DNA from: a virus
Taxonomy: Duplodnaviria > Heunggongvirae > Uroviricota > Caudoviricetes
IMG/VR virus record: IMGVR_UViG_2917875804_000003
Length of the DNA stretch: 30,850 nt
Strand: one strand, 5' to 3'
Shown in pieces: positions 19,622-28,162 of the stretch. The position numbers and the translations under genes were made by a program. Every line of letters starts with the position of its first letter. Positions within the stretch are counted from its first letter, which is position 1. The notes beneath the pieces were generated by a model. That model was not told the origin of the DNA and did no database searches. It saw only the letters and a program-made list of their open reading frames with translations.

Positions 19622-21397
19622 ATGGCTAAATACTCTGAAGAATTAAAAGGCGTTGTTCGTGCACTTTATCTGCGCCGCTATACGCCAAAGGAAATCGCAT
19701 CTGAATTAAATCTGCCGAATGCGCGGATCGTTTACTACTGGGCGGAGAAATACAGCTGGGCGGATTTGCTCAGTTTTGAAAGCACAGAGGAAGCAATTGA
19801 ACGCCGTTACCAGCTGCTGGCCAGCCGCGATAACAAAACCGATCTCGACCTGAAAGAAATGGACATGCTCATTGCTCATGCCACGAAACTGCGTGCGCAG
19901 AGTAATAAACACAAAGAGAAAATGGCCAGCGGTCAGAGTTCCGGGCAAGCAGCTGCGCGGGACAACAATGACGACGAACCACGCAGCAAACGGAAATACA
20001 AGAAAAACGATATTACGTCGCTGACGCAGGAGGACTTTGACGCATGGGCTGAAGAACATCTTTTTGAATATCAGAAACACCTGCGCAATAACATTGGCCA
20101 GCTTGTCAGGAACATCCTGAAAAGCCGCCAGATCGGTGCGACCTGGTATTTTGCGTTTGAAGCGTTTGAAAACGCGGTGATGACCGGCGATCCGCAAATC
20201 TTTCTGTCAGCGTCAAAGGCACAGGCTGAAGTGTTCCGGTCTTACATCGTGAATATTGCAGAGCAGTATTTCGGTATTACGCTAACCGGCAACCCGATCC
20301 GCTTAAGCAACGGCGCAGAACTACGTTTTCTCTCCACCAACAAAAACACCGCCCAGTCCTACAGTGGCCACCTGTACTGTGACGAATATTTCTGGGTGCC
20401 AAACTTTGCAAAACTTAACGAAGTGGCCAGCGCAATGGCCACACATGACAAGTGGCGCACCACCTATTTTTCAACGCCATCGGCAAAAACGCACCAGGCT
20501 TACCCGTTCTGGACGGGCGATGAGTGGAAACAGGGCAGTAAAAAACGTGCGGCCATTAAGTTTCCGTCCTTTAACGAAATGCGTGACGGCGGGCGACTCT
20601 GCCCGGATGGGCAATGGCGCTACGCCATTACGATGGAAGATGCCATTGCAGGCGGTTTCAACCTGGCGAACATCGAGAAACTTCGCAATCGCTACAACGA
20701 CGCCACTTTTAACATGCTCTATATGTGCGTGTTCGTTGACAGCAAAGATTCCGTTTTCAGCTTTTCCGATCTGGAAGCCTGCGGTGTTGAAATCGACACC
20801 TGGCAGGATCACAACCCTGATGCAGCGCGGCCATTTGGTGACAGGTCGGTATGGGGTGGCTTTGACCCGGCTCGCAGCGGTGATTTGTCCTGTTTTGTCA
20901 TCATCGCGCCGCCGATACTCGCCGTGGAGAAATTCCGCGTTCTGAAGGTGATTTACTGGAAAGGCATGAACTTCCGGTACCAAGCAAAACAGATCGAGCA
21001 ATTGTTTAAAAAATACAACTTCACTTATCTGGGTGTGGACGTTACCGGCATTGGCCAGGGTGTTTTTGACAACATTCAGCATTTTGCCATGCGCGTGGCC
21101 GTCCCTATTCGTTACGACCTGAACACCAAAAATCAACTGGTACTGAAAGCGGTAGACGTGGTGGAAAGCCAGCGTATTGAGTGGGATAAAAACCTGAAAG
21201 AGATCGCTGCCAGCTTTATGTCTGTGCGCCGAACCACCACACAAAGCGGCAACGCCATGACGTTTGTCGCTGACCGCAGCCAGGATACTGGCCACGCGGA
21301 GGCGTTCTGGGCGATTACCCACGGTCTGCATAACGAACCCCTTAACTATGAAAACAAACCTAAATCCCGCTGGGGTGTAAGGAAAGAGGCTGCATGA
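19622..21397 (+). CDS. P: terminase ATPase (large) subunit, gpP-like
   Basis: 591 aa (P2 gpP is ~590 aa); divergent from O and ATGA-coupled to the portal gene, as in P2 P-Q. Confidence 0.85.
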   Translation: MAKYSEELKGVVRALYLRRYTPKEIASELNLPNARIVYYWAEKYSWADLLSFESTEEAIERRYQLLASRDNKTDLDLKEMDMLIAHATKLRAQSNKHKEKMASGQSSGQAAARDNNDDEPRSKRKYKKNDITSLTQEDFDAWAEEHLFEYQKHLRNNIGQLVRNILKSRQIGATWYFAFEAFENAVMTGDPQIFLSASKAQAEVFRSYIVNIAEQYFGITLTGNPIRLSNGAELRFLSTNKNTAQSYSGHLYCDEYFWVPNFAKLNEVASAMATHDKWRTTYFSTPSAKTHQAYPFWTGDEWKQGSKKRAAIKFPSFNEMRDGGRLCPDGQWRYAITMEDAIAGGFNLANIEKLRNRYNDATFNMLYMCVFVDSKDSVFSFSDLEACGVEIDTWQDHNPDAARPFGDRSVWGGFDPARSGDLSCFVIIAPPILAVEKFRVLKVIYWKGMNFRYQAKQIEQLFKKYNFTYLGVDVTGIGQGVFDNIQHFAMRVAVPIRYDLNTKNQLVLKAVDVVESQRIEWDKNLKEIAASFMSVRRTTTQSGNAMTFVADRSQDTGHAEAFWAITHGLHNEPLNYENKPKSRWGVRKEAA

Positions 21398-22455
21398 GTA
21401 AAAAGAAACGCTTTGTTAAGCGCGACCAGCGCGGCGACAAATCAAAAAAGATGAGCATTATCACATTCGGCAAACCTGAACCGGTTCTGACTACCGGCAC
21501 AGATTACCGTGATATCTGGTACGACAATGCCGCCGATCACTTCACCCAGCCGATTGACCGGCTGGCACTCGCGCAACTGATTAATCTGAACGGTCAGCAC
21601 GGCGGCATCATTCACGCCCGCAAAAACATGATTGTTTCAGATTACCAGGGGGGCGGACTTATTCACGACCAGCTGGAAGCGGCAGCGTATGACTATATAA
21701 CCTTTGGGGATATTGCGATTGCCAAAATTCGTAACGGCTGGGGAGACGTTATCGCACTTGAACCCTTACCCGGTCTGTATATTCGCCGCCGCAAAGTCAG
21801 AGATAACGCCCTGGATAAGCCCGGTGACTACGTAGTGTTACAGGAAGGGGAACCGCAGATATGGCCAGAAGAAGATATTATCTTTATCAAAATTTATGAC
21901 CCACAACAGCATATCTACGGACTTCCGGACTACATCGGCGGTGTGCATTCCGCGTTACTTAACAGTGAAGCGGTCATTTTCCGACGCCGCTACTACCACA
22001 ACGGTGCGCACACAGGCGGAATTCTTTATACCCGCGATCCCAGCATGACGGACGAAATGGAGGAAGAAATTGAACAGCAGCTGCGTGACAGCAAAGGGAT
22101 CGGGAACTTCTCCACCATCCTTGTAAACATTCCCGGCGGAGACGGCGACGCCATCAAGTTCATTGAAATGGGTGATATTTCTGCTAAGGATGAATTTGCC
22201 AACATCAAGAACATCAGCGCACAGGACATTCTGAACGCGCACCGTTTCCCTGCCGGCCTCGCCGGTATTGTCCCGCAGAACACTGCCGGACTGGGGGATG
22301 TTGAAAAGGCTGAACGCATTTATAAGAAAAGCGAAATTGCCCCCATCCAGCGCCGTTTCATGCTGGCCGTTAACAACGATCCCGAAATACCGGAAAGGTT
22401 GCACCTAAACTTTGATTTAAGTTACATAGAATCAATAGATAAAGGTGCGGCATGA
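21394..22455 (+). CDS. Q: portal vertex protein, gpQ-like
   Basis: 353 aa, AAGGAAAGAGG RBS, coupled to the terminase gene; size and position match P2 gpQ. Confidence 0.85.
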   Translation: MSKKKRFVKRDQRGDKSKKMSIITFGKPEPVLTTGTDYRDIWYDNAADHFTQPIDRLALAQLINLNGQHGGIIHARKNMIVSDYQGGGLIHDQLEAAAYDYITFGDIAIAKIRNGWGDVIALEPLPGLYIRRRKVRDNALDKPGDYVVLQEGEPQIWPEEDIIFIKIYDPQQHIYGLPDYIGGVHSALLNSEAVIFRRRYYHNGAHTGGILYTRDPSMTDEMEEEIEQQLRDSKGIGNFSTILVNIPGGDGDAIKFIEMGDISAKDEFANIKNISAQDILNAHRFPAGLAGIVPQNTAGLGDVEKAERIYKKSEIAPIQRRFMLAVNNDPEIPERLHLNFDLSYIESIDKGAA

Positions 22456-22505
22456 TGCGAAACTGGCTAAAATCCATGCTTCATTTAACAGCGGGAGCAT
22501 GGAAT

Positions 22506-22775
22506 ATGCGAGTTCTGAAAATCGAATGCCCGGAATGCGGCTCAAAGGCTGTTATTCGTAAAACGAACAGGAAGCACCGACAAATTGCGGATATTTACTG
22601 CGCCTGCTCAGATGTTGAATGTGGCCACACATTTGTTATGAATCTGACATTTTCCCACACTCTTAGCCCCAGCGCTAAAACGGGTGATGCGGTGGTGCAA
22701 AAAATACTGAGTGCACTTTCTCCCGCTCAGCGCCAGGTGGCATTCGATTTACTGAAAGTGACTCCCGCTGCCTAA
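22506..22775 (+). CDS. ogr: Ogr/Delta-family zinc-finger late transcription activator
   Basis: MRVLKIECPECGSKAVIRKTNRKHRQIADIYCACSDVECGHTF: C-x2-C ... C-x4-C zinc finger typical of P2 Ogr / 186 B; ATG 22506 with GGAG RBS. Confidence 0.75.
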   Translation: MRVLKIECPECGSKAVIRKTNRKHRQIADIYCACSDVECGHTFVMNLTFSHTLSPSAKTGDAVVQKILSALSPAQRQVAFDLLKVTPAA

Positions 22776-22810
22776 AAAGCCCCCAGAATGAGGGCTTTTC
22801 CCTTCCTTTT
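22776..22810 (+). terminator. rho-independent terminator after the ogr-like gene
   Basis: AAAGCCC-cagaatga-GGGCTTT hairpin followed by a T-rich tract, directly after the stop at 22773-22775. Confidence 0.7.
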
Positions 22811-23081
22811 TAACCATTTTGTGAACCTCTTCCGCAAGTTCTCCAATCCAGGCCAAAGCGATTGTTTTTTTCTCTCTGGTTACTTTCGTAATCATGGGCA
22901 ATTTTAGCTAATAATTCAATGCGTTCCAGCTGTGCCGACGCCTCCAAAAGATCCATTTAGCCCCCACAAGCAATAGTGACTGGATAAGTATCCAGTATAC
23001 CGTACACCGTAAAGCACGAATAGTGAAATTTAATTTCCTTCCATCTACTGAGAAATGCATGCATTTCACATATTTACCCTG

Positions 23082-25103
23082 CTAGACCCACCCCGGCCAT
23101 AACTCGTTTAATGGCTCGTTTTGAATCTCTTTAAGCCACCCATTACGGTAAACCAGTCCCCCTTGGCCAAACATCAAACCACTACCCCGCAGGAGAATGG
23201 CTATTTCTTCATTAGAACCGTTAAAACCCCGACTGCATAATTCCAGTTTTAACCGTCTGAGGATTCCCCCCTCCGTACAGTTATTGACAGAACTCCAAGG
23301 GGCGGCGTTGCCGCCAGAAAACCCCGCCTCCGCTGGCGCTTCGGCCAACTTCGCAACCTTTTGCCACTTAACCAGACGGGTGCAAACTTCCGAATCAGGA
23401 ACCAAAGGAGAATAAACCCCCTGTACGCGCTGCACGTCCTCTGCGTACTCGTTGCCCTGTTCCGTAATTTCATAGGCCAGACGAACAACCAGATCACGGC
23501 GGGCAACCAGTGCACCGCCCTGCGCCTGGGTATATGCAGCCCAGTCCCCGACATCAGCAGCGGCCAGAACCGCATCCATTCTGCGATCGGTCAGCACCTG
23601 ATCCCGCAACCGACGCAGCTCACGCCAGACACTTACCGGCGCACCACCAATCTGCTGAAACTGACGAATACGCCAGCGTGAAGCCCATGCAGAAACGGAC
23701 TTAGCCATATCACGCAGGTTTTCGCCGGTTTCTTCGTCCTGCTCACCATCCAGCGCAAAACCATCAATATTTTTTGAAATGTATTTCGCGATGTAGCCCG
23801 TGGCCGAACCTTTGGCGGGATCGATAACTTCAACATGAAAACGCGCCTTCAGCGCCTTTTCAGATTGCAGTTCTTCAGAATCGGTAATTCTGGCGTGATA
23901 GCAAAGAATATCGCGTACCGTGTCCACGTCATGCGGACGCATAAAAAGCAACATATGCCAGTGCGGTGTCCCGTCATGGTGAGGCTCAACAACCCGAAAC
24001 CCAAATACATGAATACCCGCACGCGAGATCGCTGCGCGTGCTTTTGCCCATACGCCGCATAAATAGCGCTGGGTATCCTGCGGTGTACATCCATCCCATT
24101 GCGATACAAAGCCACCTTTGCTGTGCACTGCGTGGAAACGTGATGGCGCGGTGATGGTGTAAAACTCACCGGCCAGCCCTTCTTCATTGGCCATATCTTC
24201 AAACCCTCGCATTCTTACCATTAGTTCACATCGACGGATCGCCGGATTTGCAATGCTGCGGTGCACCATGCTGTCCAGTGCAATGCGCAGCCCCTCATCA
24301 TTCAGCAGATCAAACTTTTTAAAGAACTCCAGATTCCGCTTTTTCTGGTCTATCCATTCGTCCAGTGTTTTGCGGGATACATAAGCGCTGGCCGCTTTTT
24401 GTACCTGTCCCACCGCGATGGCCATATGTTCGCGCTGCATATCACGCGCACGTTTAAGACGTAGGTACCACCATTCCGGCGCCATCATGCGCAGTATCCC
24501 GGATTCCGCCTTACGCATTTCCAGTTGACCTTCATTGGCCTCATGTTCAGCCCAGTACGGCGGCTGGTTATTCAGCATCAGGCAACCCGCGCAAAGATGG
24601 CGGTATGATTCCAAGGTGCGGCGATGCAGCTCTCTGGCGTCGTCAGTGCCGGAGTCAAACTGTTCGGTGAAGTCATAAAGTGACTGGGAAATCCAACCAG
24701 ATACCTGGCCAGCCAGTTTTTTAAGATCAGGACGGTCTAGTGACGGCAAGCGCTCCAGCGACTTACCAAAAGTAAGATCAGCAGCGTCAGCGGCCAGCGA
24801 GTAACGCGCAGCCACTTTGCGCAGACGTGGCAATACACTCCCGCCGATAGTCTGGCGCAGGAATGTATTGGCACGACAACGCCCGTCACGACCAGCAAAC
24901 AGCTTTTCGTAACGACGGCCAAAATACCCGGCTAACCAGTCGGGTATCTCATGCAGGTACCGGGCTCTCCATTCATAATCCTGCGGATTTACAGCCCACA
25001 AACGGCGTTCTGTGATTGTCGCGTCTGCCGGTATGCAAGATGCGAAAGTTTCACGCCGCCACGTATCGACAGCATAGAAGTGTTCCTTTATAGCCAACAT
25101 CAT
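23082..25103 (-). CDS. A: replication initiation protein A (rolling-circle HUH endonuclease, P2/186 gpA family)
   Basis: 673 aa with HUH motif (GTPHWHMLLF) and catalytic tyrosine motif (TGYIAKYISK); last gene of the early operon. Confidence 0.9.
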   Translation of the reverse strand: MMLAIKEHFYAVDTWRRETFASCIPADATITERRLWAVNPQDYEWRARYLHEIPDWLAGYFGRRYEKLFAGRDGRCRANTFLRQTIGGSVLPRLRKVAARYSLAADAADLTFGKSLERLPSLDRPDLKKLAGQVSGWISQSLYDFTEQFDSGTDDARELHRRTLESYRHLCAGCLMLNNQPPYWAEHEANEGQLEMRKAESGILRMMAPEWWYLRLKRARDMQREHMAIAVGQVQKAASAYVSRKTLDEWIDQKKRNLEFFKKFDLLNDEGLRIALDSMVHRSIANPAIRRCELMVRMRGFEDMANEEGLAGEFYTITAPSRFHAVHSKGGFVSQWDGCTPQDTQRYLCGVWAKARAAISRAGIHVFGFRVVEPHHDGTPHWHMLLFMRPHDVDTVRDILCYHARITDSEELQSEKALKARFHVEVIDPAKGSATGYIAKYISKNIDGFALDGEQDEETGENLRDMAKSVSAWASRWRIRQFQQIGGAPVSVWRELRRLRDQVLTDRRMDAVLAAADVGDWAAYTQAQGGALVARRDLVVRLAYEITEQGNEYAEDVQRVQGVYSPLVPDSEVCTRLVKWQKVAKLAEAPAEAGFSGGNAAPWSSVNNCTEGGILRRLKLELCSRGFNGSNEEIAILLRGSGLMFGQGGLVYRNGWLKEIQNEPLNELWPGWV

Positions 25104-25149
25104 ATGCTGGCCTCAAGAAGCGATGGCGAAGGACATTTTAGTGGTGTTT

Positions 25150-25383
25150 TTATTGCCATGCCGCACCGCCTTTGCTGCAAATAGCCTCGGCCTCTTCTCG
25201 GATCAACTCAACGATTTCCGCTGCGCTTAAACCTTCATTTGCTGCATGAGTGGCCAGCTTATCCAGGCGGATGGAACACAGGTCAGCAACTGCGGCTTTA
25301 CCTTCCTGCGTGGCTTTAGCAAGCATGTCCAGTAGATCAGTACCAAGCTTTGTTGCGGGTAAATCCTGATGTGTCATATACAT
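25150..25383 (-). CDS. hypothetical early-operon protein (~78 aa)
   Basis: ATG at 25383 with AAGGGA RBS (ORF track 25150..25434); immediately upstream of gene A. Confidence 0.4.
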   Translation of the reverse strand: MYMTHQDLPATKLGTDLLDMLAKATQEGKAAVADLCSIRLDKLATHAANEGLSAAEIVELIREEAEAICSKGGAAWQ

Positions 25384-25450
25384 TTTGGGTTCCCTTAAGG
25401 CAAAAGAATCCCCGGCCACTTGAACTGTGACCAAAAATTCAGACAGTTAA

Positions 25451-25852
25451 TTAGTGAAAATGGGTTAGTACTGTGGCGGCTGAATAGTTCGGTGCCGGAA
25501 TCAGATGCAGCTCATAGGTTGTCTGCCACCACTCCTGGATTATTGATTTTATCTCGCCAACACCCAGCGCCCCGGCTGTATAGAAAATCGCGCGAATCCC
25601 TGCCAGCGCTTCGATCTGCGCATCTTTGCTCTGTGCTTCGCGGTACACGCAGCACCAGAAAGCGGCATTAATAGCTAACCAGTGGCGCAGATTCATCATG
25701 TGTTCGGCGTCATTGAAAAAGAAAGGATGCAAAGCGATGCGACCATTTTCACTGGTGTTTTTCGCTGCAAACGATACAACATAGATATGAGGGACGCCCC
25801 ATACAGCGAGTTCTTCCCGCAACGATTTACCCTCAACGGAAATAATGGTCAT
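25451..25852 (-). CDS. hypothetical early-operon protein (133 aa)
   Basis: Same strand and operon as cII ... A; no recognisable motif. Confidence 0.4.
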   Translation of the reverse strand: MTIISVEGKSLREELAVWGVPHIYVVSFAAKNTSENGRIALHPFFFNDAEHMMNLRHWLAINAAFWCCVYREAQSKDAQIEALAGIRAIFYTAGALGVGEIKSIIQEWWQTTYELHLIPAPNYSAATVLTHFH

Positions 25853-25863
25853 TAGTGATTCCT

Positions 25864-26280
25864 CTATTGCTGGAACTTATGGACGATATGAGGCGCGATC
25901 ACCATCTGCACCCCACTATTACTACAAATTGGATGTGCTTTTTTTATTGGCCGATTCGCGGTACGTTTCGAAAAATCGCTGTCACGTAAACTGCCAAAAC
26001 CGTCAAATGTTAATCGCGCCCGTGATATCCCCTGACGCAGTTGAATCATGTACCGATAGCCCAGGCGTTCATAAATCTCCCGCCAGCAGCATTTGCATAA
26101 ATGAGCTTTAAATACTCTGGAACCTGAAGTAATCGCAGCAGCATGAAGAACCACACCGCGCCATTCTGGTGTTAAGTCGTCCCACCATTCAGCGGCCTTA
26201 CTGCTTTCGCTGAAATATTTACGGCGGATCTGTTTTAATTGCTCAAGTCCACGCTTTTGCTGTTCCTGACTAATCGCCAT
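25864..26280 (-). CDS. hypothetical early-operon protein (138 aa)
   Basis: Same strand and operon; basic, with a CKCC cysteine cluster; no family assigned. Confidence 0.4.
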   Translation of the reverse strand: MAISQEQQKRGLEQLKQIRRKYFSESSKAAEWWDDLTPEWRGVVLHAAAITSGSRVFKAHLCKCCWREIYERLGYRYMIQLRQGISRARLTFDGFGSLRDSDFSKRTANRPIKKAHPICSNSGVQMVIAPHIVHKFQQ

Positions 26281-26309
26281 AGCGCCCTCTTCCCACCGTG
26301 CTGTGATAG

Positions 26310-26492
26310 TTAACGATCAAAGTTGAAAGACAGACGACGGACAAGACGTGGCGCGCGACAAAACGGAACGTCCAAACAAGAGTGATTGTGAAACCACACG
26401 CGCCCGCGTTCATCTCCCTGGCGGCTACTTTCTAGATGGCGCTTTATGGTGAAATACACTATCGTGCCGCTGGTTTTTTTAGGCTTGCGCAT
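26310..26492 (-). CDS. hypothetical small protein (60 aa)
   Basis: ATG 26492 with AAGGGGA RBS (ORF track extends to 26615 without RBS support); contains an A7 run, so frame is uncertain. Confidence 0.25.
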   Translation of the reverse strand: MRKPKKTSGTIVYFTIKRHLESSRQGDERGRVWFHNHSCLDVPFCRAPRLVRRLSFNFDR

Positions 26493-26509
26493 ATTATTCC
26501 CCTTTAGAT

Positions 26510-26683
26510 TTATAACCCCATCAAACGCCACCACCACGGGCGGCGCTGTTGCTGGCCATTGAATTTGTACATGTGACCGGGGTTCCAACGCTGCCCGTTG
26601 GGCAGTTCTATCCAACCCGTTGATCCACTTGGCAACTGCATTGCTGGTGATTCATTTTTCAGGTAGGTGGCAAACGCTTTCAT
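26510..26683 (-). CDS. hypothetical small protein (57 aa), in the fil/dhr-equivalent position of 186
   Basis: ATG 26683 with GGAG-type RBS, directly downstream of cII; below the ORF-track size cutoff, found by manual translation. Confidence 0.3.
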   Translation of the reverse strand: MKAFATYLKNESPAMQLPSGSTGWIELPNGQRWNPGHMYKFNGQQQRRPWWWRLMGL

Positions 26684-26692
26684 AGTGCTCCC

Positions 26693-27196
26693 TCATATCA
26701 GGCCGGTGGCATTGATTGTGACCAGCGCTACCGCAGCGGCCAGGACGGGCGTAGAGTGAAAACGACTTTCCACGGTATAAGCCAGCACGGATAAGCTACG
26801 AATTGCATCGCGGGCGCGATCCAGAATTTGAGTACGACGAGCGGCAGTCATATGGCAAGTTGATACGGCTTCCCCAGCAATCGCCCCCACGCACGCAGTG
26901 GCGCTTAGAGCACACAGTTGCATGTTGCCTTCAGTGGCATTATTCACAGGCACGGATGGCAGGCAGTTAATTTGGCTTAACATCCCATCCAGTAAACGTG
27001 CATCTTCGGTGTAATCCGTAATGGATATAAGCTCATCGCATGTTAAACGGTGCGGTTGCGCTGGATTTAGTTTGTTGCGCAGGATCTGCGGCCTTATACC
27101 AACGGCAACAGCCACATCTTCAAGATTGTGCTCAATTGCAAATGCTCGGCAAGCCGCATCAAATCGCGCATGTTTAGAGATCTGGTAATCAAACAT
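26693..27196 (-). CDS. cII: CII-type transcriptional activator (phage 186 CII family)
   Basis: MFDYQISKHARFDAACRAFAIEHN...LRNKLNPAQPHRLT...CLPSVPVNN closely resembles 186 CII as I recall it; 167 aa; follows Apl/Cox. Confidence 0.75.
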   Translation of the reverse strand: MFDYQISKHARFDAACRAFAIEHNLEDVAVAVGIRPQILRNKLNPAQPHRLTCDELISITDYTEDARLLDGMLSQINCLPSVPVNNATEGNMQLCALSATACVGAIAGEAVSTCHMTAARRTQILDRARDAIRSLSVLAYTVESRFHSTPVLAAAVALVTINATGLI

Positions 27197-27226
27197 TGTT
27201 TGCCTCTCGCTAATCCGTAGGATGAA

Positions 27227-27448
27227 TTACGCGTTAAGTGAAATATCACATTCACTTAAAGCCTGAATGGTTAGCGCGGCCATGTTGACCTCAACCAGGC
27301 CTTTCTTCTGCTTACCCTTAGGTTTAATGGGCAATTTCCCGTATTCGATCAGATTTCTGGCAGTTTCTTTGTTTGTACCAGTACGACGGCAATATTCGTC
27401 TAAAGGCAGGTAAGGTTCCGGTATGATGATTGTAATGCTCGGACGCAT
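27227..27448 (-). CDS. Apl/Cox-like excisionase / Cro-type regulator
   Basis: ~74-aa product from ATG 27448 (GGAG RBS); first gene of the operon divergent from cI; small basic DNA-binding-like protein. Confidence 0.55.
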   Translation of the reverse strand: MRPSITIIIPEPYLPLDEYCRRTGTNKETARNLIEYGKLPIKPKGKQKKGLVEVNMAALTIQALSECDISLNA

Positions 27449-27567
27449 AAGGCAAACTCCATTAGTCAACCTGTACGGTAATACAGGGCTGTAACTGTCA
27501 ATATTCACTTAAACCTACAAAGCAGAGTTTAAACTCGCTTTGAGAAAGATTTCAAGGAAAAATTTTC
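27449..27567. promoter_or_regulatory. lysis-lysogeny switch region (divergent promoters and operators between apl/cox and cI)
   Basis: Intergenic region between divergent regulatory genes; contains CTGT-N8-ACAG dyad at 27471-27486 just upstream of apl. Confidence 0.5.
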
Positions 27568-28148
27568 GTGAAACTACAAATTGAATTTTCTCATGGCGGA
27601 TCAGAAGTCTTGGACAGAGTCATCCAGGCGTATGGTTTCAACACAAAATTAGCCCTGGCCGAACATCTTGATATAGCAAGTAGCAGCCTGGCTAATCGCT
27701 ACAAGAGGGATTTTTTTTCCAGCAGATATCGTTGTTAGATGCATGGCTGAAACGGGAGCAACTCTGGAATGGCTTGCGACTGGGCAAGGAAGAAAGTTTA
27801 ACGATGACGAATTAGACATCATGAAACTGCCGCGTAAGAAGATTGTGGACGGAAAACTCTATGATTCCGGTTTGCTAATGCTCGATAAGGTTACTTTTTT
27901 ACCTGGTAAGCCTTTACCACAGAATCCAATCTGTGTGATTGACAACGCAATGCAGTACATTGTTGATCAACACTTTCCCGAAGTTTACGACGATGATTGG
28001 TTAGTTGAAATTGAAGGAAAAACAAGTGTGAGAACCCTTACGCGCATCCCCGTAGGCAAAGTTCGAGTGAGTGGCGTTGGGATGGCATTTGATTGCGCTA
28101 TCGAAGATATAAAAAATTTTAGGTCGTATTATCTTAACTATAAAATAA
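27568..28148 (+). CDS. cI: CI repressor, phage 186 CI-like; frame interrupted twice at homopolymers (T8 27711-27718, A6 28111-28116)
   Basis: GTG 27568 with AAGGA RBS. With one base removed per run the product (~190 aa) reads VLDRVIQAYGFNTKLALAEHLDIASSSLANRYKRDFFPADIVVRCMAETGATLEWLATGQG ... WLVEIEGK ... DIKILGRIILTIK, paralleling 186 CI end to end. Confidence 0.75.
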
Positions 28149-28162
28149 TAAGGAAAATTATA

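Noticed and set aside
19706-21331. Minus-strand ORFs (163 aa and 286 aa) and a plus-strand off-frame ORF (20364..20945) inside the terminase P gene
   Set aside because: Overlap a confidently identified 591-aa terminase gene; no independent start signals.
26310-26615. 101-aa form of the ORF downstream of cII
   Set aside because: The upstream 41 codons overlap a separate RBS-supported 57-aa ORF (26510..26683) in another frame; the RBS-supported start at 26492 gives a 60-aa product instead.
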